64,000 bases of DNA. It comes from Chrysemys picta bellii (taxonomy: Eukaryota). Below are positions 47,387 to 55,854 of the stretch, piece by piece. The position numbers were made by a program, and so were the translations under genes. Each line of letters starts with the position of its first letter. Position 1 is the stretch's first letter. Under the pieces are notes generated by a model that did no database searches, was not told the DNA's origin, and worked only from the letters and a program-made list of their open reading frames with translations. The stretch is taken from positions 26,226,001 to 26,290,000 of the forward strand of contig NC_088806.1 of the NCBI RefSeq assembly GCF_011386835.1, in the 5' to 3' direction.

Positions 47387-49420
47387 AGCTTGAGAGAGAA
47401 CAAAAACATCCCTCAGCCTCTTGTCTTGTGGTCCAGGGGCTCTTTCCAATTTAAGCACTGACGATTAAATTGATTCTGGCACTCTTATAACCCATCTCAA
47501 GCATCCGGGAACACGAGAGGGTTTTAGTTTAAATATCTAACTGTCGGCTCACTGATCTCTTGGAATTACGCTTACTGGAAAAATGTTGACAGGCCCTCCA
47601 GACCTCCCAGTCCAGACACTATTGCTAAGTTTCACTGCAGGGGGATGGTGCAAAAGCAAAGGAGATCTCAGGATACATTTCACATTTCAGGCCGTCGGTA
47701 AAACACAACACTATATCATCCCACTCTAAATTACAACCCCTCTATGTGCAATCACAGCTTCATCACACATGGAAAAGCACTTGCTCCCCAGAGCCTGCAC
47801 GTCTCAGAGGTCCAGCATTGGGATTTGGAGTTTCCCCCTCGGAGACCTCTCCTTCAATCCCAACCCAGACTGGGAGACAGTGAAAGCTGTTACAACAGGA
47901 TGGCTCTAGAGCAGTCTCAGTAAAGGCCATGGGTTGAGTAGGCCACAGAGAATAAAAGTCCCTTCTAAAGGGGACCGTCTGAGTGTGCAGGGAGGTACAG
48001 CGAGGTGTGGATGCTCGCTGCCCACGCTGGACCTGTTCTGTGGATAAATGGAGGCCTTCAGTCTCCATGGCTGTTAAGACAGCACTACATTCATGAGAAG
48101 AATCAATCTTCAAAAGGAAAAAAGAGTCAGCTTGCCTCTCCCCCACTCAAACCCCTCCCCCCCAAAAAAGCTGTGCAAGGAGTCTGGAATGCGCTATCTT
48201 GCATAGGTGATCTGTGCTAATTACGTGCTTGTGTATCCAAGGAGGTGCTGACTTAACTCTACCGTAAGTTAAACTGGGAAGAGTTTGTGTTCTCCCCAGT
48301 AGCAACATTTGGCTTCTAACCGGCGGCTCTCTCGAGGAGGTGGGGCCCTGAGAGAAGTGAGAAAAAGTGAGCTGGAAAAATCCCACAGCCTAGTAATTTC
48401 CCCCCTGCATTACCGGTTTTTGAAGGGGAAAAAAGAAAAAATAAAGACTCCAGATGGCACTAGGATCCAAAACACTGTGACGGTTTCTGAAGGAACAATT
48501 AAAGATTGCACAGGGTGTGCTTCTGCAACCAAAAGCCAAATCGGCCTCTTGCTGTGGAGATCACTAGCCAGTCTTTTGGATCAGGCTTGCCCACTCATTA
48601 GGGGCTGCAGCCGAGATCCTCAAAAGTATTTAAGTGCCCAACCCCCACTGAAATTGATAGGTGTTTGAGACCTAAATATCTTCCAGAATCTGGGCCTGTG
48701 AAATTGACAAGACAGCACTGTGGTTTGCTGTGAAAATGACAGAGAACTTGTCAATTTCACTCTGCTGCTGCAGGCTCTCAGCCACTCAACTCCTTTCCTG
48801 CCTCCCTACAAGAAAGCAGGAGAGTAAGTGGGCACAAGAAGAGCTCCCTCTCCCTCTCAACAGCTGAGAGAAGAGGAGAAATGCCAAGATTTTCAGGCAG
48901 TCGCTAGCCAAGCCTGCCACAAGTGCCCTCCCTTGCTCCTAATAGCAGGGTTGGAATCCCAGAGTTTGCCCTTTCCTAACAGCTGAGTTTCTTACCAGGG
49001 CACAGCCTCCATCTTTCATAGCAGACTTTGGCTAGGAAGTGTCTGGATCCTGTTTCAAGCCCTGCTTTGGATACTCTGTATGACGAGCCAACAGAGGAAG
49101 ATTCTGCATTCCGGGCAAAAGTCCTTGAAATATGGAAGTTTCAACTGCCAAAACCTTCCAGTCCATGATGGAGATCGGCTACTGTGCTTTCCAGCGGCAG
49201 CGACAAGCGAGTTACACCATAATATTAGTGAAACGAAGCTTCTAACGTTCTCATGGTCAGTTCTTTGGAAAACGCCTGGTGGCATAGGAAGTGTTGAGCT
49301 GCTGCTGGGTACCTGGCACAGAAAGTAACACCACCATGAAGCTGGGGTCCCAGGATTCTCCTGTGCTGGCTGGCACTACGGGTAAGCCCGGTGGAATGTA
49401 GATTAAGCAACACCCTGAGC

Positions 49421-50932
49421 TCACAGGTACACGTCCAGAGTCTGCAGTATCATCTGCCGGCAGAGCGGGCAGTTGCGCTGGTAGATGGTCTGCTGTAGTA
49501 GGATTTCGGTGCATTGTTGGCAGAGGCACAAGTGCCTGCAGGGCAGGAGCAAGACTGTCTTGGTTTGGTCCTGGCAGATGACACATTTTTTACGTTCTTC
49601 TTGTTCTTTCAGGAGCATCCACGGGTCGTTCTCTGGAGCGACATCCTCGCTGTCCTCCTCCGAAGCATTCAGCTGCTCTTTCCTCAGAGCTTTGGCTCGT
49701 GACGTGCTTGGTCCTTCGCCTGGAGGCTGGAGACGCTGCCCTGCTGTGGCGTTTCGACCAGAGGCTGGTTGCGCATTTGATCCTTGCTCAACGTTCGTGT
49801 CATGTTGGTCCCCATGTCTTCTGGCTGCCGGCTGCTGCACCTGACGGGCGCCACCTGCACCCTGCTGATTGGCTCCAGGCAGCCCTGGTCTTCCCTGTTG
49901 AGCTCCTCCAGGAGCAGCTGGCCTATGAAAGACTGTAGCTGCCCCTTGCCTGCCTTGGTTGGCCTCTGCACCTTGTTGCGCTTGATTGACCTGTTGGTTT
50001 GTTGCTCTGCCTCCTCCATTCCAGTTGGCCATTTGGAGACTCCAGCCTGCTACCCTGCGCCAAGCATGGGAGCTCACGACCATCCCCAGCGACAAGAGCA
50101 CAATCTGATAGAGGCGCCAGATGTCCCTCCGCAGGCGGTGGTAGGAAGGCAAGGTATTCAGGTATCCCAACACATGGTTTGCCAGGGTCCTTGTCAGCTC
50201 AGGGTTGAGGACTAAGGTGCTGACGGTGACAATTAGGGCCAGCAACACTAGGCCATAAAGATTCAGGAAGAAGACGTTAACCAGGAGCTTGCTCATGGAC
50301 TCTAAGAGTTCGAATGCCAGCTGGCAGGGTGACCACACGAGAATGGACATGGCAATGGCACTGCTAGACATGTGAGCAAGGAAGGCAGCGAGGAGGTCTG
50401 TGACTCTTAAGAAAGGGCTGATGATGGAGTCCCACAGGGCCAGCACCAGATTCTGGGTGCCGATCAGGCAGATGTTGATGATGCTGTTAACGAAGTAGGC
50501 GAGGAGGCTCATGACAATGGTAAACACTTCGCATACCTGCCTCAGGAGCGACTGGCCAGAGCCAACCACATTCCAGAGCCCTCGGTGCACAAGTTCCTTG
50601 CTTCTCAGGACCAGGTGCGAGAACAGGTTCCCAACCACTTTCAGACTCTCCAGGCTGGAGCAGAAGCCTCGGAACAGGCCGGTGACAGTTTGGACAGAGC
50701 CCAGGGCCAGGCAGCAAAGCGCCTCCACTAGGTACACCAAGGAGAACAAAGTCCCATTCCAGCAGTGGATCACACTAGTCACCAGTGCATTGGGCAGGTT
50801 GTAGATGAACGTGATGAGCCAGACCAGCACTGAGACCAAGGTGGAAACCAGGAAGAAGTTCACGTTGAGCAGGAGACCCAGGAAATCCAGGGCCATCCCT
50901 ATGCCGTTGATGACCAGGAACACTAGATCCAT
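49421..50932 (-). CDS. RNF26: RNF26 E3 ubiquitin ligase, 503 aa, single coding exon (N-terminal multi-TM region, C-terminal RING)
   Basis: gccATGG at 50932; MDLVFLVINGIGMALD matches human MEAVYLVVNGLGLVLD; DPW.LLKEQEERKKCVICQDQ.KTVLLLPCRHLCLC..C...RNCPLCR..ILQTL.VYL; TGA 49421-49423. Confidence 0.98.
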   Translation of the reverse strand: MDLVFLVINGIGMALDFLGLLLNVNFFLVSTLVSVLVWLITFIYNLPNALVTSVIHCWNGTLFSLVYLVEALCCLALGSVQTVTGLFRGFCSSLESLKVVGNLFSHLVLRSKELVHRGLWNVVGSGQSLLRQVCEVFTIVMSLLAYFVNSIINICLIGTQNLVLALWDSIISPFLRVTDLLAAFLAHMSSSAIAMSILVWSPCQLAFELLESMSKLLVNVFFLNLYGLVLLALIVTVSTLVLNPELTRTLANHVLGYLNTLPSYHRLRRDIWRLYQIVLLSLGMVVSSHAWRRVAGWSLQMANWNGGGRATNQQVNQAQQGAEANQGRQGAATVFHRPAAPGGAQQGRPGLPGANQQGAGGARQVQQPAARRHGDQHDTNVEQGSNAQPASGRNATAGQRLQPPGEGPSTSRAKALRKEQLNASEEDSEDVAPENDPWMLLKEQEERKKCVICQDQTKTVLLLPCRHLCLCQQCTEILLQQTIYQRNCPLCRQMILQTLDVYL

Positions 50933-51379
50933 GGCTCGCACCCTGACGAGGGTGGTCCCGGCGTGAACTAGAGCAGATGGGTTGGAGAAGAAGAGAAGGG
51001 TCAGGCTTTGATTGGAAAGGTGGGGAGATGGGGATGGTTCCCAGGGGATGGGGAGGGTCCTGCCATGCAGCTGGGGGAGAAGAGGATCCTCTGGTGGCTA
51101 AATGTGCCTAGGGAGGCGAGGTGGGGGTCACTTTAATGTTTCAAGGTCTGAGGGGGGTAATTCCCTTGCTACCAGACTGGGGGGTCTCTCAGACAGGGGT
51201 CCCAGCAGGGGTACGGGTGTAAAATCGCTCAGGCTTGGGGGTCCTCTGGCTGGGGAAGGGGGGGCTGGCTTCCAAGTATGGGGTTCGTCTCTGGATCGAA
51301 GGGGTCTCAGTTTCTCAGAGGGAGGGGCTCTGTCTCTAATCTGGGGGTCCCCTGGGGTGGGAGCGGGGGAACCGCTGGG

Positions 51380-51960
51380 TTTGGGGGGTCCTGCCTCCCC
51401 GCACCCCCTTCCTGTCAGCGGCGACTCCTTTAGGCGCCGCCCCCCCGGGCGATCCCATCCCTCCGCGGCGGGGGGAGCAGCTCCTCACCCCGCACTCCCA
51501 CGGGGGGATCCCGGCTCGCTTCCCCCCTCTCCCCCCCCCCCCGCGGGGGGTTAGTCTTATCCACGTCCCAAGGCTTCCTCTGCTCGGATGGGCGCCACCA
51601 TCTTGAGTGGGCGTGGCTGGATGCCGGCCAATGGGAGGCGAGATCCGCCCTCCTCGCGCTCTGATTGGGCTGTTTGAAGGACTCCGGGAGGGGGTTGTTT
51701 ACGTTCCGACGGAAGGGGCGTGGCCCATGGGTCCCGAGGCTCCTTTTGATTGGCTAATTCTGGCTCCGGATGGGTGGGTGGGGCTAAGACCACGCTCTGG
51801 GCTGAGGATTTAAAGGGACAGTGTCCTACCTGGGCAAGGCTCGACTCGGCTCGGCCCGGCCCGGCCCTGGTGACCTCTGGTAGCGCTGCCACCCCCAGGC
51901 AGAGTCTGGGCTCATGGCCTCTGGCTGGTGTCGGGCACCCACTGCGGTACTGGGTCAGCC
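51380..51960 (-). promoter_or_regulatory. RNF26 CpG-island promoter and probable non-coding exon 1 (donor GGG|GTGAGG at 51488; acceptor TAG| at 50968)
   Basis: CpG-rich; CCAAT at 51628, 51664 and 51749; GGGCGTGGC boxes at 51610 and 51717; YY1-like CAAGATGGTGGC 51605-51594; pyrimidine tract 50971-51000 on minus. Confidence 0.75.
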
Positions 51961-51999
51961 AGGGGTGCAGATAGCCCAGGGTCCGCTCTGCAGACAGTG

Positions 52000-52454
52000 G
52001 CTGGGGCCAGATGCAATGACCAGAACAGGGCAATTATCCAGTGATCCATCCCCTGTCGTCCACGCCCAGCTTCTGGCCGTCAGAGGCTGAGGGACACCCA
52101 GAGCACGGGGTTGTATCCCTGACCAGCTTGGCTACTAGCCACTGATGAACCTATCTTCCATGAACGTCTCTATTTCTTTTTTGAACCCAGTTGTACTTAT
52201 GCCCATCACACATCCCCGGCAATGAGTTCGACAGGCTGACTGTGCACTATGTGAAGGACTGCCTTCTGTTTGTTTTAACCCTGCTGCCTATTAATGTCAT
52301 AGGGTGACGCCTGATTTTTGTGTTATGTGAAGGGGTAAATTACACGTCCTTATTCACTTTCTCTACACCATTCATGATTTCATAGACCTCTATCATAGTC
52401 CCCCCTACCCCAGTTGTCTCTTCCAAACTGGACTGCCCTTGTCTTTTTTAATCT
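52000..52454 (-). mobile_element. CR1 LINE 3' fragment
   Basis: Recalled CR1 3' text (gaacccagttgtactt..ggcaatgagttc.acagg..actgtgc..tgtgaag; tcatagacctctatcat). Confidence 0.65.
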
Positions 52455-52889
52455 CATTCAAGGTGAAGTGGCCCATTAAAACCCCTGCAGTCATAGCACA
52501 AAAAGAGGGGGTTAGTGGGTTACAGATGGTTGTAATAAGCCATAAATCCAGAGTCTATGTTCAGTCCATGATTTTTGTTGTCTAGCTGAGAAATGAATTT
52601 AAGCTCCCAAACTCATCTTTTGAAAGTATTGTGCAGGTTTCCTTTCGGGAAAAGGAATGGTCCTTGAATGATCCATTACAATATGTGCTAACTACTTATG
52701 CTAAACAATCTGTTCCGCCTTGCATTTTGCTGTGACGCTTAGCAGTTCCTTTCCCAGACCTGAAGAAGAGCTCTATGTAAGCTTGAAAGCTTGTCTCTCT
52801 CACCAGCAGAAATTGGTCCAATAAAAGATATTATCTCACCCGCCTTGTCTCTCTAATATCCTGGGATCTACAGGGCTACAACTGCACTG
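52455..52889. mobile_element. 5'-truncated, internally inverted Penelope-like element with a GIY-YIG C-terminal remnant (52648-52520, minus)
   Basis: Minus translation PKGNLHNTFKR*VWELKFISQLDNKNHGLNIDSGFMAYYNHL*; plus-strand tail from ~52654; CCTTGAATG at both inversion breakpoints. Confidence 0.85.
52756..52796 (+). ncRNA. Second minimal type-I hammerhead ribozyme motif (different PLE family)
   Basis: Stem I AGAC/GTCT; CUGAAGA 52760-52766; stem II GAGCU/AGCUU with G-U at 10.1/11.1; GAAA 52785-52788; AAGCUU; CUU site after 52792. Confidence 0.75.
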
Positions 52890-52949
52890 TCTGTTTAGGT
52901 GTAAATTAAGTATTCTATGGTTCACAATGGAGGATTGTGAAATCTTCAA

Positions 52950-53640
52950 AAAAGAGGAAATTAACAGGAAGAGGTAAATGGGTGTGTGGGATGGCCTGAT
53001 GTTCAGGTGAACATCAAAGGTCTGTTCTTGAGATTTGGGCGACACCCTCTGGGATCCTTCGCCTTGGAAGTAAACTGGCAGTGAGTTGGTTTCGGAAAAA
53101 GTGGGTCTCAGCTAAGCTTGGTTGAAGATACGGGAGAGAACTTTGGGGGAGAGAACTAATAAGTTTTCCCCCTGTCTAAAGAAGTTTAAATTTTAGATCA
53201 AGAATGAGTGAAATGATGTTGCTTTAAATGTAACCATGTATTGCCATCTCTCACGCTGGTTTATATTTGAATCTCTATTTTTTCTTAAATAAATGTCCTT
53301 TTGTTTTATCATTGAACTCAAGTGCTGTGTGTGAGAGAGACGGGGTGGGCTAAGGTAAAACTAGTAAATTGGGATACATTGTTCTTTGGGAACAGAGGCT
53401 CTGGGATTTCTGTGGGTATCCAGTGATCAGGGGCTGGAAACCACAGCGGGTCACTTTGAAAGGAGTCATGGGCTGGGGTATGTGAATTGTCAACCTACAG
53501 GGCAAAGGCACGGCTGGTGTAGCCCAGAGGAACATGCTTGAACTAACATCGAGCTGGCACAGGCAAGAGCCCCACACGCTGGAGGCAGGTGGCAACAAGA
53601 TGACTCACAGCCCAGGCTGCCCTGAGAAGTGTGTCAGTGC
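52950..53640 (+). mobile_element. LTR-like fragment
   Basis: AATAAA 53288 followed by a U5-like tract resembling the reverse complement of 8964-9260; ends approximate. Confidence 0.45.
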
Positions 53641-53991
53641 CCTCTGCCAGTTCCTGGGTCACAACTCCCCTCTATTCCCCTGGGTACACCCCCCCCCCCC
53701 AAAAGGTAGGGAATGGTGCCTTCCTCCCATTTCCCTGGGTCTCCTTTTATTTCCCTGGGGAGTGAAGGCAGACCCCCATTTATTCCTAACCCGAAATCCC
53801 CCCTTTTACTTCCCCCAAGACAAGGGCAGCTAACCCTCTTTATTCCCCTCCCTGAGGAGAGGTGTCTTCCCCCACCCTGCCCTGGGATCCCCAGCCACAT
53901 GTAATCGCCATAGTATGGCCGTGTCACAGAAGAGGTGGCCCTGATTGTACCAGACCAGGCTGCAGCAGGACCACAGGCCTCTCACCTTGGC

Positions 53992-54836
53992 TAGGGTTAC
54001 CATATTTAACAAATAAAAAAAGAGGACCCTCCACGGGGCCCTGACCCTGCCCATTTCCCACCCCCAGCCTCGCCCCAACTCCGCCCCTTCCCCGCCCTAA
54101 CTCCGCCCCCTCCTCCCTCCCACTCCCGGCCACGCGAAAAGGGCTGCCCGAGCGCTACCGGCTTCACAGTTTGCCGGGCAGCCCCCAGACCTTGCGCCCC
54201 CGGCCGGCGCCTCCCCAGCACAGCTGGAGCCCGGGAGGGGAAGCGCCCAGCCGGGGGCGCAGGGTCTGGAGGCTGCCTGGCAAACCATGAAGCCGGTAGC
54301 ACTTAGGCTTCGGGCAGCCCCTATGCCTCCGGACCCTGCGCCCCCGGCCGGGCACTTCCCCTCCCGGGCTCCGGCGGCGCAGGGTCCGGAGGCATGGGGG
54401 TTGCCCAAAGCCCGTAGTGCTCGGCTCTTAAACAGAGCCGAAGAGTCAGGGGAGGAGCAGAGCCGCCGCGGCTGGAGGCTCTGCTCCTCCCCTGACTCTT
54501 CGGCTCTGTTTAAGAGCCGAGCTGCCCGAGCGCTACCGGCTTCGGGCAGCCCCCATGCCTCCGGCCCCTGTGCTGCCGGAGCCCGGGAGGGGAAGTGCCC
54601 GGCCGGCGGCTGGAGTCCGGAGGCAAGGGGGCTGCCTGAAGCCCATAGCGCTCGGGCAGCTCGGCTCTTAAACAGAGCCGAAGAGTCAGGGGAGGAGCAG
54701 AGCAGCCGCGGGAGGGGAAGTGCCCGGCCGGCATTTTCCCGGACATGTTCGGCTTTTTGGCAATTCCCCCCGGACGGGGGTTTGATTGCCGAAAAGCCGG
54801 ACATGTCCGGGAAAAAACGGACGTATGGTAACCCTA
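53992..54836. mobile_element. 845-bp CpG-rich non-autonomous hAT element with nested internal palindromes
   Basis: Perfect 13-bp TIR TAGGGTTACCATA/TATGGTAACCCTA; 8-bp TSD ACCTTGGC (53984-53991, 54837-54844). Confidence 0.95.
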
Positions 54837-55730
54837 ACCTTGGCCATCCTGAGCCACTGCCTTATCACTGCAAGTGCAATACAAATCCTAATGGGACAGA
54901 TTTCCCAATTCTCAGCCCACTGCCCCTAGCAAGAGCACATTCTGCTTCTTGTTAGGGGTGGTGGTTAAGCAGCAAGCATGAACTATGAAGAAAGCAAAGC
55001 AGACGTTAAAATTGCTTTGCTTTTAATCATCTCAACACAAGAAGGAATTATTATTTTTAACATATAAAGATTGATGCTGCCAAAGTTCCCCTCAAAAAGC
55101 TGGGACTGGGGTCAGCCTCGGGTGGTCACCAACCAATCCAAACTACACAGGCAACCTGTCATGTCCTGCAAAATCTTGCTTGCAAAAAACAACAACAAAT
55201 CCAGGAATACAGCTTGGGGAGGTGGGGGCGGAATCCCTGTGTTGCAACATTTTGCATGGTCTCTCCACATTCTTCACCTCTCACCCCTGAATTCCTTGCC
55301 CCTCCCCTGTGCAAAATATGTGGGGGAGGGGAAGCGTTCCAGGGGGAAACTAAGGGGTTAATTGCGATCCGATGTCATGTGCTAGAACAATTTCTCGGCT
55401 TCAGTTTTGTCCTGCAGTGCAAACTGCCACCTCTAGCAGCTGCCCCTATCACTCCAACCCCGTGATTTTCACCCCGGTGTTGCCTGGGCTGTCCCATTGC
55501 ACAGCTGGGATTGGGTTTTTCCATGAGGCGGAGATGTTTGTATTCTGTTTACACAGGTGCCCTTTCTCCAAAGCCCCAGCTCTCTGGGAGAAGCGAGGTT
55601 TTAATAGATTGAACAGAATTTATTAGGCCTGCTAAAACCACATACCTCAATCTCAGGGCTGCTTGTTAGCGTGCTGTCCTGCGTTTCCTCCCCTTGCCCT
55701 GAGCTCTGACAAGCCCTACTCCTGTAGCAT

Positions 55731-55854
55731 TAGAGTGACCAGACAGCAACTGTGAAAAAATGGGACAGGGGGTGGGGGGTAATAGAAGCCTATATAAGAA
55801 AAAGCCCCAAAAAACAGGACTGTCCCTTTAAAAACGGGACATCTGGTCACCCTA
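55731..55854. mobile_element. 124-bp hAT MITE, same family as 37276-37388 in the opposite orientation
   Basis: TIR TAGAGTGACCAGA/TCTGGTCACCCTA; 8-bp TSD TGTAGCAT. Confidence 0.93.

Noticed and set aside
50933-50941. ORF-track start of RNF26 at 50941 (MRA-)
   Set aside because: It is a GTG; the ATG at 50932 has a gccATGG context and aligns with the human start.
54097-54955. 235-aa and 222-aa ORFs in the hAT element as a transposase
   Set aside because: No BED finger, DDE or dimerisation motifs; they are translations of GC-rich palindromes.
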